Virus record (IMG/VR): IMGVR_UViG_3300042896_000052
Location: 62 to 64,061 of that record
DNA length: 64,000 nt
Reading direction: 5' to 3' (one strand)
From: a virus
Taxonomy: Duplodnaviria > Caudoviricetes
Shown: piece by piece, positions 53,757 to 64,000 of the stretch
How positions within the stretch are numbered: the first letter of the stretch is position 1
Layout of the letters: the number at the start of each line of letters is the position of its first letter
Program-made: the position numbers and the translations under genes
The notes under the pieces: model-generated
The model's input: the letters and a program-made list of their open reading frames with translations, nothing else
Databases searched by the model: none
What the model was told of the DNA's origin: nothing

Positions 53757-56700
53757 ATTTGCCCGGTCAGCTTTGGCTTCCCGCACCCACCCGACGAGTT
53801 CGATTTCCAACTGCTTGATCTCTTTCAGTTCGGCCTCCCGTTCGTCGGCACTCATCTCTTTGGCCCCCTCGACGCTGTTTAAGTACGTACGGTAGGCACG
53901 CGTGCGTTGCAGTTGCTCTAGCGTAGAGTTGATTGCCGACTCCAGCATCAGTTCGTCGGCATGTTCTTCGGCATAGACAACGGCGCGGTCCATGTCGGTC
54001 TGCATGAGGGAGTTGAGCGTTGCGTTTGCCTTGCCCATAGTCTCCCGCTCTTCGTAGAACTCAGTCATGCGGCGCGTGCCCACAGGGTCGTACATGTAGT
54101 TGCTGAGCAACGCCCACTTATGCAGGGGACGATCGACCCGGGTAGGGTTCATCAAGCTATCGGTTACGGATGTAAGGATGGCTGCAGTTGACCCAAAGTA
54201 CCCAAGCAGGGCGTTGTCAACCATGATGGGGGAGACTTCTACGCCCACAACATCTCGGCTAAAAGTAACTATCGCCTTGGCAAGCTCCGAAGTTGTTGCA
54301 GTGACCCGTTCGCTCTTGTCCATCTGCTGCTGGTGGAATCCCTCCAACGCCCGGCCCGTTAAGAACGACTTGTTGGCCCATGCCTCTATCAACGGTTTTG
54401 CAGCCTGTGGAATAGGGGTAACGCGTCCAACGTATTGCTCCATGATGTAGCTTGCGGCCGTACGGACGGCTTCAAAGGCTTCTTGCTCCTCCGGAGTTCC
54501 TTGCCTACGCATGTACTCAACAACGCGCTCGGGAATAACTTTGAATATCGCTCCGAGTTCCCCGGGGACTGCAAGCTTCATGCCGCCGACAATCCAGTTA
54601 CCGTCGCGGGTACGCAAGTCCATGTTCTTGTATTCTTCGTCGTCATCATCCTTGCTCAGTGCATAGAGGGAAGACAGTGCAGTTGCAATGGCTGCACGAC
54701 CCCAGAACATGCGGCGTGCTTGTGCGCGGCCTACGGAGGAGCTAGAGTCCTTGCCCGAGGCTGCACGGTACAGCACATCCATACCCTGTATGTATGCGTT
54801 AAAGAACGGAATGGTGGTAACCATAGCGCCAACAACTTCGTTGTTACCCCGGCGGCGGAAGTTAATAAACTCTCTGGCCCGAGTCTGGGATAGCAGTTGG
54901 TCCCCGGACTCCTTCATGGTCTGGTCGTATATTGCTTTACGCACCGCTAAGTCCGAGGCCCGAGTAATACCGTCAAGTCTATGCAGTAGGGTTCCAACTT
55001 TACCCCGTGGTACGTACCCTAAATCTTTCAGTAGTGACGATGCGGGCTTACCTGCTTGGAAGTCATACTCGCCCGTGAGGCCCATAGCGCCGAACTCCCG
55101 TACGCTGGGGTGCTGTATCCCACGGAGTTCTGCCAATGCTAGTTTCGGGAAGTTAGTCAGCGTCATGCGTAACAATGCGCCGGGGTTCTTCACACCAGAA
55201 GTCATGATGGCACGCTGCACGTCGTCGGTTACCTGCTTCAAAGCAAAGGGAGGTAGTGCGGTGATTGACTTGCGCAGCACATTGGAGAACGCACCCAACT
55301 GCAGCAGCCAGCCGGCCTTCGGTACGTTGAGATCTTTGAACGCCATCACATCGTACTTACTCGGCATTTCCCAGTAGTTCATTACGCCGTTGACATACGC
55401 GCCCACTACGTTGGGTTTGCCTTGATCGCTAAGTCCCAAGGCTTTAGCAGAGGTAACCTTCTCCAAGCTGCGCAGCGTATTTATGGTGGCATCGGTCTTA
55501 ACTACTTGGCCAAGCATCCAGCCCAACGTGTCCATGTAGTTGTTAAAGACGTTACCTACAGGGAGTTCGATTGCACCTTTAAGCTCTGGGAGCTTGCCAA
55601 CTTGCGCCAACCCTTTGCCGCTAACCCGCTTAACCTTGCTGAATGCAGCCAACCCCTCGGGGGATATCCTATCGAACGGCACGTACCCAGCAACTTCACG
55701 CCAGTCTTTACCCTGCTCAGGCGAGAGCCGACCCACGGCCACCATGTGGTCAACCAAGGCGATACGGGCGCTATCCATCAGGTCTGCGATAGCCTGTAGT
55801 TCTGGGTTTGCTTTGAGTTCCGCCAACATATTGTCTATCTGCTGGTCAATAGATAGGTTGGAAGTCTTGTCAATCTTGTGCAGAACAAACCCAGCGCCGG
55901 TTTTGTTGGCGGTACGCATACCGTCTAGACGCACGCCCTCAAGGATTCGGCTACCGACCTCGTTAGCTTCCTCAAAGGACAGTCCGTTTGCTTCGCCCCA
56001 TGTCTTAAGCTTAGCGTACACGTCGGCCGGGGCACCTACACCCGCAACCTTTTTAACTTGCCACAGACCCGTTGTTGGCTCCTTTGCAATGCCGCCCACC
56101 TGCAAAAACTCCAGCAGCATTTTGGTGTAGTCCTGTGCTTGACGGTACAGGCCCATAGGGTTCAGTTCCCCTAAACTATCGCGTACTGCGCCATCAAATT
56201 TAGCAGTCAACCGAGACTCAATCGTTGCAGCAATATCGGCTACCTGTGTGCGGAACTTGGTTACGTAATCCAAGGTAGGGTCAGACTTGACCGCATCTAC
56301 TAGCCGGGTCAACAGCGACTTCTCAAGGGGGGATACCGGACCCGCCCCTGCGACAAGCGCTTTGGTAGTAGTGGAGATCGCAAACTGTTTACCCGTTGCA
56401 GTACTTGCCTCGGATAGAGCGCCCCGCTTTACGCTAGTGAGTTCGCCGCCGACGCGAAGGAGTTCACTCAGTGCGGTATCTGCTTTGGGTTTAAGTCCCA
56501 GCATGTCGCGTACGAGGGTTACAAACTTGCCCCAAGCAGTAGTGCCTTTGTACGGGATGCCCTCCAAGTATGCCTGCATCTCCCTATTGGAGAGTGCCCA
56601 TGTGAGCATTTCGTCGGCATCGGCCAGAGCGTTGTGGCGCTTATCAAAAGCCCGTCGCTCAAAGTCTGTCAGCTTCTCGCCGGATGCTACGCGGGTGTTG

Positions 56701-59519
56701 AAGTGCTGTATCACTGCATTGGTTACAGAGTACAACTCGTCAACAGTCTTGCCAAGCGCGGTGCCACTAGCTGACTTTAGATTCCCCACATAAATAGTTC
56801 CGATCGTAGCCGCGTGAATTAACTCATGCAGTATGACCTCGTTTGACGTACCAGTCTGTTCCCCGTTATTCGGGTGATTAAGCATTATGCGAACACTAGA
56901 CCCGGCCTTTGCAGTTGGCTTGGTGTAGGACGTCACCCCTTTCCCACGAGTGAGGCGGCGATCTGGGGCGGTAACCGTGACCTTACCTAGAGCTACACCC
57001 GCAGCTTCTAACTCTCGAAGCGTAGCAGCCACCCTCTGCGCAATAAGGCGTTGGTCAGGGTCGGCCATGTTTTCCGCAGCCCAATTTGCCACTTCAAGCA
57101 CTGTCTTACCGTCGATTGCTCGCACAGTGGGGTCTTTCTCGCGGCCTTCTGGCACCTCTGCTTCGGTCGTTTCTAGTACGGGTGTTTTCAACGGTGCAGA
57201 GGTGTCGGCTTTTGGCTCAGCTTTTGGAGCTTCGGGCTCAGCTTTTGGCTCAGCTTTTGGAGCTTCGGGCTCGGCTTTTGGCTTTGCGGCAGCAGCTTCG
57301 CGCTTTGCAAGTTCTGCTTCGCGTTTCTCTACGTCTGCTTCGCGCTTGGCTACCGCGTCTGCTTCTTTCTTTGCAATATCTGCTTCGCGCTTGGCCAGAG
57401 ACTCAAGGCGCTTGCGCTCTTTCTCTTGGCGTACTTCGCTAGCTACCGCTGCTTTACCTGCAGAGGCTTCTTCTTTCGTACCGAGGGCCCACTCAGGCGT
57501 CACGTACTCAGGTTTTTCCTTAGCTACCGGTGCTGCTTCCTCAACGAGGTCTGGTGCATCTTGCTTAACTAACTGGTCGAACATCCCGCCGCCAATTTTT
57601 GGCATGGGTGGTAGCTCGGTCTTTTGCACTGCCGGTAGCTCGGGAACCTCAAACTTCATTGCCGGGGCGGGGGCCTCCGCAAGTGGTGTCAGTGCAGTAC
57701 TGACTGCTCCTTTAGGTGTAGCTCGCGGCTTAGCAGGTTTGCTAGTAGGAACCAATCCGAGTCCGACAGGTGCTGCAGGTTGTCCGGGGGTGATGGGTGC
57801 GACAGCAGCGGCGGGGGCTGGTATGCCAGTGGCGGCAGTAGGCTCGATAGGTACGCCCACGCTTGGCTTATCTCCAGTGAGTTCAGGCAACTGCTCAGCA
57901 GCAGGCGTTGGGGGAGTTGTGACACTTGGGGTCTCCTGTGGGGTAGCCGTAGCTATGATTTCTTTAAGCGCAGCAGCTACGCCGGGTTTCTTGGTCAGTA
58001 TAGTTGGGTCTGCGGCAACCATGTCCCGCACTTGCTCGGGTGTCTTACCGGTTACGTTGGCTTCCATCCATGTACGGTTCGCCTGCGACATGGTACCGAA
58101 CTGGCGGACTTCCGTAGCTGTAATGGCTCCGGGAGTCGTGGGCGCAACGGTAGGCGCAACAATAGGCGCAACGGTAGGCGCAACAGTTGGAGCCGCAGTT
58201 GGAGCCGCAGTTGGAGCCGCAGTAGGTGAAGTTGGGCGATCACCTGCGGTTCTACGCAGTGGGAGTTTCTGCTGGCCAGCGGCTTCCAACTCGGCCATAG
58301 TGGGCGCTATACCTGCGTCTTGCAGGACTTCAGTAGTCGCGGGAAGGTCTGCGGAAATTACGTCGGCTAGCCCTTCCGCTGGCGCAGCTTCTGCCTTTGG
58401 CTCGACGGGGGGTCGCACTTCACCAAATAAATCAGGCTCGGATTCCGCAAGCGCAGGGAACCGTTTTACACCTTCTGCCTCTGCCGTGCGGGTTTCCCGC
58501 TCCTCTCGAATTTCTTTTTCACCCCGGGTTTGTAGCTCCTGCCGCATGGCTTTGAGTTGCGTCATCTCTTCCGGCGTTGCTGACCGTGTATCAGCCAACT
58601 GCGAGATACGAGAAACTTCCTTAGCCAACTCTGGGTACGGACGGTCCGCGAGCGGTACGGGTATTGGTTCTGTAGCAGGCGCTTCGGATACTGGCGGTTG
58701 AGCAGGGGCAGGTTGACCAGCACCCCCACGCGCCCGACGGCCGATGGCCATATCAGTAAGCCCTTGGATAAGCGCACCCACACCGCCACCATACGCACCT
58801 GCTTCGCCCACACCCTCCAAAACTTGCTGCTCGGGCTTGTATAGACCTTTGGCAATAAGATTCTGCGCAGCGTTGGACGCGGCTTCTTGTGCAGCTTCGG
58901 CACCGCCCGTGGCTAGGGCCCGGCGTATCTGGCTAGCAATACCGTCGGTAAGGGGTTTGCCTAACGTACTAATGAACTTGAAGACGGGCAGCATCTCCGT
59001 AGCCCCGACTGCAGCACCTAGTGCGGTAGCGCCAGCGCGTTGACCGCCAGTTGCGGTACTCTCTTCGGCACGGGTTCTGGCTTCGCCTGCTCCTGCAGCA
59101 ACGCCCAATGCGCCTGCGGCAACACGTCCGGCTACACCTGCGGGGCCGGCAAGGAAGAATGGAACCGTGGAGCCGAGGGCCTCGCCGCTCTTACGAGCTA
59201 TGGAGTCTTCGTACCCCGGGGCAGCAGCAAAGGGGGCTTTAGCAGCGCCTGCAACGCTCTTGATTCCCGCCCTAGCCGACTTCTCCATCTCCTCGGGGAG
59301 GATAGCCGACGCACCGGTAGCCGCACTTTCAAGCAGTCCGATAGCACCTGCGGGTATACCCTTAGCAACTTCCTTTGCACTTCCGAGGAACGTACGCTCT
59401 GGGGGAGGTGCGGCAGATTGAGCGAGAACTCGTTTGACCGTTGCCTGTACTACACTAGGGTCGGTACCGTCGGGAAATTCTAAAACTCGTCCGTCGGCCA
59501 GTTGCGCTTCAATCGCCAT
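53748..59519 (-). CDS. Large polyvalent internal virion protein (zincin-like motif + LPD38-like C-terminus)
   Basis: 1923 aa; Gly-zipper N-terminus, Pro-rich linker, HELIH (56814-56828), YVPF.R, INF.RRG, IPFFNAYIQG, N.SF.TG. Confidence 0.85.
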   Translation of the reverse strand: MAIEAQLADGRVLEFPDGTDPSVVQATVKRVLAQSAAPPPERTFLGSAKEVAKGIPAGAIGLLESAATGASAILPEEMEKSARAGIKSVAGAAKAPFAAAPGYEDSIARKSGEALGSTVPFFLAGPAGVAGRVAAGALGVAAGAGEARTRAEESTATGGQRAGATALGAAVGATEMLPVFKFISTLGKPLTDGIASQIRRALATGGAEAAQEAASNAAQNLIAKGLYKPEQQVLEGVGEAGAYGGGVGALIQGLTDMAIGRRARGGAGQPAPAQPPVSEAPATEPIPVPLADRPYPELAKEVSRISQLADTRSATPEEMTQLKAMRQELQTRGEKEIREERETRTAEAEGVKRFPALAESEPDLFGEVRPPVEPKAEAAPAEGLADVISADLPATTEVLQDAGIAPTMAELEAAGQQKLPLRRTAGDRPTSPTAAPTAAPTAAPTVAPTVAPIVAPTVAPTTPGAITATEVRQFGTMSQANRTWMEANVTGKTPEQVRDMVAADPTILTKKPGVAAALKEIIATATPQETPSVTTPPTPAAEQLPELTGDKPSVGVPIEPTAATGIPAPAAAVAPITPGQPAAPVGLGLVPTSKPAKPRATPKGAVSTALTPLAEAPAPAMKFEVPELPAVQKTELPPMPKIGGGMFDQLVKQDAPDLVEEAAPVAKEKPEYVTPEWALGTKEEASAGKAAVASEVRQEKERKRLESLAKREADIAKKEADAVAKREADVEKREAELAKREAAAAKPKAEPEAPKAEPKAEPEAPKAEPKADTSAPLKTPVLETTEAEVPEGREKDPTVRAIDGKTVLEVANWAAENMADPDQRLIAQRVAATLRELEAAGVALGKVTVTAPDRRLTRGKGVTSYTKPTAKAGSSVRIMLNHPNNGEQTGTSNEVILHELIHAATIGTIYVGNLKSASGTALGKTVDELYSVTNAVIQHFNTRVASGEKLTDFERRAFDKRHNALADADEMLTWALSNREMQAYLEGIPYKGTTAWGKFVTLVRDMLGLKPKADTALSELLRVGGELTSVKRGALSEASTATGKQFAISTTTKALVAGAGPVSPLEKSLLTRLVDAVKSDPTLDYVTKFRTQVADIAATIESRLTAKFDGAVRDSLGELNPMGLYRQAQDYTKMLLEFLQVGGIAKEPTTGLWQVKKVAGVGAPADVYAKLKTWGEANGLSFEEANEVGSRILEGVRLDGMRTANKTGAGFVLHKIDKTSNLSIDQQIDNMLAELKANPELQAIADLMDSARIALVDHMVAVGRLSPEQGKDWREVAGYVPFDRISPEGLAAFSKVKRVSGKGLAQVGKLPELKGAIELPVGNVFNNYMDTLGWMLGQVVKTDATINTLRSLEKVTSAKALGLSDQGKPNVVGAYVNGVMNYWEMPSKYDVMAFKDLNVPKAGWLLQLGAFSNVLRKSITALPPFALKQVTDDVQRAIMTSGVKNPGALLRMTLTNFPKLALAELRGIQHPSVREFGAMGLTGEYDFQAGKPASSLLKDLGYVPRGKVGTLLHRLDGITRASDLAVRKAIYDQTMKESGDQLLSQTRAREFINFRRRGNNEVVGAMVTTIPFFNAYIQGMDVLYRAASGKDSSSSVGRAQARRMFWGRAAIATALSSLYALSKDDDDEEYKNMDLRTRDGNWIVGGMKLAVPGELGAIFKVIPERVVEYMRRQGTPEEQEAFEAVRTAASYIMEQYVGRVTPIPQAAKPLIEAWANKSFLTGRALEGFHQQQMDKSERVTATTSELAKAIVTFSRDVVGVEVSPIMVDNALLGYFGSTAAILTSVTDSLMNPTRVDRPLHKWALLSNYMYDPVGTRRMTEFYEERETMGKANATLNSLMQTDMDRAVVYAEEHADELMLESAINSTLEQLQRTRAYRTYLNSVEGAKEMSADEREAELKEIKQLEIELVGWVREAKADRANLR
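57207..57285. repeat. 33-bp coding repeat (KAEPEAPKAEP)
   Basis: ggctcagcttttggagcttcgggctc repeated. Confidence 0.85.
58140..58225. repeat. 12-bp coding tandem repeat (TAAP/TVAP x7)
   Basis: ggagccgcagtt and ggcgcaacggta units. Confidence 0.85.
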
Positions 59520-59530
59520 AGATCACCTCA

Positions 59531-61246
59531 TCAGATAGGGTTCCCCTTTGCATCAAACTGCATCCGGGTATTTCCGCCGGGGCTTTTCGCGCCGGGGGCT
59601 GCGGCAATTGTACCGCCGAGCCGCTTAGTTTCCGCATCTACCGCAGCAGCTAGCATCGCAGGGTCCTTATACTTCATCCCGAGGCTTGGGCTCGACTTCA
59701 TCAAGGCCATAATATTGTCGTACGCTTTGTCTCGGATAGAGGCTTGCTGGTCGGGCTTACCCGCGCCTTTAATCTGCCCGATAGTCTCTAAGTAGGCTTG
59801 GCCAGCTTTTGGATCTTTTGCGGACAGTCGCATGTACTCGGTGTACATACGCTCTGTTTCCCCCGGTTTATTTGCAGAGGCGGCTTGTATACGGGCCACA
59901 TCAAGCGTTGTTAGGCGTTGGAGTGCTGCTTCCGCTGCACGCTGCTCTACACCTGCACCTACGCCCAAGGCGGTGAGACGGTTGCGCTCTGTGTCGCTAA
60001 ATGCAGTTTTAGCAGCGGAGAGTCCTTCTGTGCGGCCTTTGTATTCGGAGGTAGCCTCACCTCGACGTGCGTTTTCACCGCCGGACAGCAAGCGGTTCAT
60101 CTCTGCAGCATGGGCAGCATCCGCAGAACGTTCGCCTTGCACAGCACCAAGATACGCAGGGCCAAATCCGCCCATACCACCTTTAGCGCCGCCACCGAGT
60201 ACGGCCAGCATACGCTCAAAGTCACGGTCTTTCTTACTGCCTTGGTACTGCTCTTCCATTGCCGCAGTGCGCTGTTTCAAGCCGGCATCTGCAGGGGTCT
60301 TCAGTTCCTCGGGCATCATCGTAGCGCGTTCGGCCATGATTCCTTCGGGCGTTGGAGCGGTGCCGGGGGTAGCTGTTTCTTTAGCCAGTTGTGCCATCAT
60401 GCCAGTTGGAGCGGCACCGGGCGCAGCACCTGCAACCATTGGAGGTTTTGGCATTGCAGATGGAAGACCCGGACCCGTGGGAGTCGCACCGGGCATAGCC
60501 GGAGGTTTAGGCGCAGCACCGGGCATAGCAGGAGGCATAGCACCTGCGGCTGGCAACGCTCCAAGTCCCGCTGGAGCTTCAGGAACCGTGGGTTCACGTT
60601 GCTCACCGCCGGGAGTCATACGAGGTTTGTAAAAGTCCTGCATCCGTTTCTCTTGCAGGGGGCTCGTAGTAGATGGGCTTTTAAGTCCTGCAGCCCGACC
60701 TAACCCTGCGGCGAGTGCTTTATTCTCTGCAATGATTGCCGCACGCTCTTCCTGTGTCCGGGGGTTGCCGTCTTCATCAAAGTCCGGGTTCTTAGGCTTA
60801 GGCGGCACAATGTCCCCCGCCGCAAACGCAACGACACCACCTTCGGCGTAGTCAGTCATCCGAGAATCCATAGGGAGTTGCGCTATACCGCCAGACGCCA
60901 TCATAGTAGGTTGGGCTTGTGCTTGCGGCTGTGGGGCAGGGATACCTTCTGGCACGGCCTGCGGTGTTTGTTGAGCTTGCTGCGCCATCATCTGCTGAGC
61001 TTGCTGTTGTTTCTGCTGGTCGAGGGCCATAAGACCCGCCTTCTGGTCAACCTGCTCAGCCACGCTTCGTTGTGCGCCTTGGGCAGCACCGCTAGCTAAG
61101 CCAGCCTTCTCGCGGGAGGCCATCTTCTGGTTCAGTACCGCCAGTGCTAAGTAGGCTGGCACGTTAGGGTTCGTACCCTGTGCAAGCTTCTGCAACTCGG
61201 GCACACCCATCATCTCAAGATCATGCTGTTGTTGTACGATATTCAT
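59531..61246 (-). CDS. Internal virion / ejection protein
   Basis: Gln/Pro-rich; MASGG and YAEGG motifs; position among ejection genes. Confidence 0.7.
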   Translation of the reverse strand: MNIVQQQHDLEMMGVPELQKLAQGTNPNVPAYLALAVLNQKMASREKAGLASGAAQGAQRSVAEQVDQKAGLMALDQQKQQQAQQMMAQQAQQTPQAVPEGIPAPQPQAQAQPTMMASGGIAQLPMDSRMTDYAEGGVVAFAAGDIVPPKPKNPDFDEDGNPRTQEERAAIIAENKALAAGLGRAAGLKSPSTTSPLQEKRMQDFYKPRMTPGGEQREPTVPEAPAGLGALPAAGAMPPAMPGAAPKPPAMPGATPTGPGLPSAMPKPPMVAGAAPGAAPTGMMAQLAKETATPGTAPTPEGIMAERATMMPEELKTPADAGLKQRTAAMEEQYQGSKKDRDFERMLAVLGGGAKGGMGGFGPAYLGAVQGERSADAAHAAEMNRLLSGGENARRGEATSEYKGRTEGLSAAKTAFSDTERNRLTALGVGAGVEQRAAEAALQRLTTLDVARIQAASANKPGETERMYTEYMRLSAKDPKAGQAYLETIGQIKGAGKPDQQASIRDKAYDNIMALMKSSPSLGMKYKDPAMLAAAVDAETKRLGGTIAAAPGAKSPGGNTRMQFDAKGNPI

Positions 61247-61255
61247 GGGTGATCC

Positions 61256-63130
61256 TTATGGCGTAGTGGTAGGTGTTTGGCCTAAGCCAGCCAGTGTTTT
61301 ATAGAGCGATTGCAATCCACTAATCTGTGAGGAAAGATCGCTGACCCCTGTGGTATTGGCAGTGGTGGCATTTGTTGTAATCGGCAGGCCGGTCATCAAG
61401 TCCTTCTGGAACTGCGCCATCTTACCGGGGTAATCACGTTGCTCTTCGAACTGTGCTCTATCGGCTGCAATACCTTCGCCTTCAATGCCGCGTTGCGTAG
61501 CGCCCATACCTGCAAGGTCTTGCAAAGACTTCAAACCGTAGTCTGCGCTGTAGGTGCGTGAAGCTTCTGTAGACTTTTCGGCACCCAAGCGACGTTCTTG
61601 GTCCGCGTTGTACTGCGCCATCGCTTTGTCGTATGCAGTCTGGTAGCCAGTTCCCAGCGTCTGGGTCTGTTGCGCCAGTAAGTTCTTGTTACCTTCGGAC
61701 TCCATAACCGCCTGACGGCTACCGCCAAAAGCTCCAGCTTTAGCTAGGCGACCTGCATCCCCCATTCGGGTGATCTCTGCTTGGCGGCTCATTTCCTTCA
61801 TCTGCGGGTCTAGTGCAGACTGGATGTATGGGTTCATGTACTGCTGCGCTTGCTCTTGGCCAAACGTACCACCGGAGAACTGCGTTGGGGTAAACCCTTG
61901 CTGGGCTAATCCGCTGATACCTGCAAAGGCTTGCGCCTGCAATGGGGATGAGCCGGCAGTAAGGGGTCCGCCGTACGATTGATATGGTGCGTTAGCAAAC
62001 GCTTGGCCCTTACCCAAGTAGTCCGTTACGTACTCCCCCGCCCACGGAGATAGTTGCGACGAGGAGGACTGGCCGAGACTAGGTACCGCAGTAGCTGCGG
62101 AGGCAGCGGGGGTTGTTGTCCCCGCACCAGTACCGGTAGCGCCGGGAGTTGTTACCAAGGCACCTTCTGCATACCCTTGCACAGAGCCGCCAGCAGCGTA
62201 GGCTGCAGCAAGACCACCGGGCATAAACTTATCCGGGTCGATTTCTTTACCTTGCTCGGAATTACCAGTACGGGCCTTACGGATGCGGTCCATCATCTGG
62301 TGCAGTTTGTCCGCTCCGGCTTCGGAGTTCCCGTTGCCAAGGTGCGATACAACGTCGGCAGGGATAACAAACTCACCGTGGCTCAGTGCTGCGTCTTGCT
62401 CACCGTCGATGCTGGTCGAAATCTCATCCGCCATTCCGTCGGTATTTCCTGATAAGTACCTACCTTTCGTAACTTCTGTGCTACCGCCCTGCGCAAAACC
62501 AGTGGCTTGCGGTACCGGCATGAGAGAGGCTACGCCAGAAGCTGCAGTGGGGGCCACTTGCGCGGGAGGGGGTGCGGATTCCCAAGGCGTTCGCATGGCG
62601 GGTATTGCGGCGGCAGGCGCTGCGGGTCTAGCGTTGTATGCGGACATAATTCCCTGTGCTTGTGCGCCGGAGGCTGATTGTGCGCCCGCTAGCGCTCCTG
62701 CATCACCGCTGGCAGAGTATTTTGGATCAGTAAAGTATTGACGGCCGGCCGAACCGGGAACCCGGCCAGTATCGGTATACGGCACTTGCTGACGAGTTAA
62801 ATCCAACTTGGGGACTGGCTTGCTGTAACCCCCGGTCTGCACAGTATTACCGCCCATCGCGCCGTAGGCTCCCAATGCCAGCGTACCGAGCTTAGCAAGG
62901 TCAACTTTTCCGTCGGACATGACAGTGCTTTTAAGTAAGGAAACTGCCTTATCCCCAAAACCTGAAAGCAGTTTAGCGATAGTGGGATTTGTGGAGGTTC
63001 CGGACTCGATAGCATCTAGCACATCAGCGTCTGTAGGGGCAGTTTCTGGGTCATACCCACCACTTGCATCGCCGTAGTCTGTATAGAACTGTTCCCAGTC
63101 AAAATCATCCGTTGCGGTAGTCTCATCCAT
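61256..63130 (-). CDS. DNA transfer / ejection protein
   Basis: DGMADEI...LSHGEFVIPADVV domain; QYMNPY and GAFGGSRQAV motifs. Confidence 0.75.
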   Translation of the reverse strand: MDETTATDDFDWEQFYTDYGDASGGYDPETAPTDADVLDAIESGTSTNPTIAKLLSGFGDKAVSLLKSTVMSDGKVDLAKLGTLALGAYGAMGGNTVQTGGYSKPVPKLDLTRQQVPYTDTGRVPGSAGRQYFTDPKYSASGDAGALAGAQSASGAQAQGIMSAYNARPAAPAAAIPAMRTPWESAPPPAQVAPTAASGVASLMPVPQATGFAQGGSTEVTKGRYLSGNTDGMADEISTSIDGEQDAALSHGEFVIPADVVSHLGNGNSEAGADKLHQMMDRIRKARTGNSEQGKEIDPDKFMPGGLAAAYAAGGSVQGYAEGALVTTPGATGTGAGTTTPAASAATAVPSLGQSSSSQLSPWAGEYVTDYLGKGQAFANAPYQSYGGPLTAGSSPLQAQAFAGISGLAQQGFTPTQFSGGTFGQEQAQQYMNPYIQSALDPQMKEMSRQAEITRMGDAGRLAKAGAFGGSRQAVMESEGNKNLLAQQTQTLGTGYQTAYDKAMAQYNADQERRLGAEKSTEASRTYSADYGLKSLQDLAGMGATQRGIEGEGIAADRAQFEEQRDYPGKMAQFQKDLMTGLPITTNATTANTTGVSDLSSQISGLQSLYKTLAGLGQTPTTTP

Positions 63131-63141
63131 ATTAAATCCTT

Positions 63142-64000
63142 TTAGCGTATAGCATCTAACAGGTCGTCGAGGTACCCGCCTGATGCGATTTTAACTGTCC
63201 CTTGCGGGGTCTGTGTAGTATTTGTAGCTTTCTGCTTGGCATAGCCCCCGAAGAAGCCCACGTCTAGCGGCTGTGAGAAGTCAAACTGCGGTCCGGCTTG
63301 CACAACTTCCACCGGCTGGTTAAGCGTTGCGGCTTGCGCCTGTGCCTGCTGCTGTAGTCCACCCATAAGTCCTTGAATCCCCGTCATCATCTGCCCGCGA
63401 AGCTGTCCAGTTTGCGTAGCCTTGAGGTTTGCTGCAGCTTGTGCACGCTGGGCTTCCGCAGTGGCGGCGGCTTGGGCACGCTGGGCCTCCGCAGTGGCGG
63501 CGGCTTGGGCTTGAGCTTTTGCAACGTCGGCTTGTCTAGCGGCTTCAGAAGCATCTAGTTGCCCGTAAAGACCAGTGGACTCCCACTTGAACGGCTGGGT
63601 ATTGACCCCGCTAACGACGTTTGCTAAGAAGTCGTAGTCCGTCTGGTTAACTACACCGTCTTTGTTAGCGTCAAACTTGGGGTCTATCTGCTGGGTACCC
63701 TGCAACTGATTCTGCAGGACGTTGAGATCCGCTTGTGTTACTGGGGAAGCCTTAGTTCCAATAAGCTTGTTTACTTCATTGAACGCTTGTTGAGTTGCTT
63801 CGGCTTGAGTTTTACCTTGGGCAACGAGCTCATCGACCCGGGCGTTCATGGTAGCCGTGGCCCCAGTAATCTGTCCGGTCAGTGCAGTCTCTACACCTGC
63901 AAGCTTGGTGTTTAGTGCCGCTTCCGTAGTTCCAAGCTGGGCCAGCAAGTCAGCCTTAGTGGTTCCCAAGTTCGTAGCAACGTCTGCAATAGCCTTTTGC
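63142..64000 (-). CDS. 3' part of the giant internal virion protein that starts at 4080
   Basis: Frame is open to the window edge and shares the 207-bp repeat; DANKDGVVNQTD Ca-binding-like loop; IASGG near the end. Confidence 0.8.
   Translation of the reverse strand, partial: QKAIADVATNLGTTKADLLAQLGTTEAALNTKLAGVETALTGQITGATATMNARVDELVAQGKTQAEATQQAFNEVNKLIGTKASPVTQADLNVLQNQLQGTQQIDPKFDANKDGVVNQTDYDFLANVVSGVNTQPFKWESTGLYGQLDASEAARQADVAKAQAQAAATAEAQRAQAAATAEAQRAQAAANLKATQTGQLRGQMMTGIQGLMGGLQQQAQAQAATLNQPVEVVQAGPQFDFSQPLDVGFFGGYAKQKATNTTQTPQGTVKIASGGYLDDLLDAIR

Noticed and set aside
53748-59519. N4-like virion RNA polymerase
   Set aside because: No polymerase motifs recognised; motifs fit a polyvalent LPD38-type protein.
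54100-60703. Long plus-strand ORFs, e.g. 56950..58701 (583 aa) and 59832..60632
   Set aside because: Ser/Ala-rich antisense shadows of the ejection genes caused by codon bias.

Overview
The window looks like a nearly complete, circularly permuted genome (about 64 kb) of a podovirus-like dsDNA phage. A Gram-negative, possibly betaproteobacterial, host is inferred. The two ends join in frame inside a 207-bp tandem repeat of one giant gene. The minus strand (28112 down to 1, then 64000 down to 53748) carries the late module: terminase, portal, GroES, scaffold, Mu gpT-like capsid, adaptors, tail fibres, holin with GH108 endolysin, tail nozzle and large ejection proteins. The plus strand (28452-53756) carries the early and replication module: AAA/vWA peptidase cluster, HNH, many small ORFs, PolA, Cas4-like nuclease, SNF2 helicase, SSB and primase-helicase. 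No integrase, RNA polymerase, tRNA or CRISPR array was seen. Most notable: (1) an acyl carrier protein, an intact Cys-His-His ketosynthase and a small possible acyltransferase sit inside the virion operon, translationally coupled to a giant ejection-type protein, suggesting a phage-encoded virion-protein lipidation system; (2) about 15 copies of the palindrome CATCTAA-YSR-TTAGAT mark early-gene junctions; (3) several candidate structured RNAs, including an rrn-type boxA leader and a pseudoknotted element behind the capsid gene. All family calls come from motifs and synteny read by eye; no database searches were run.
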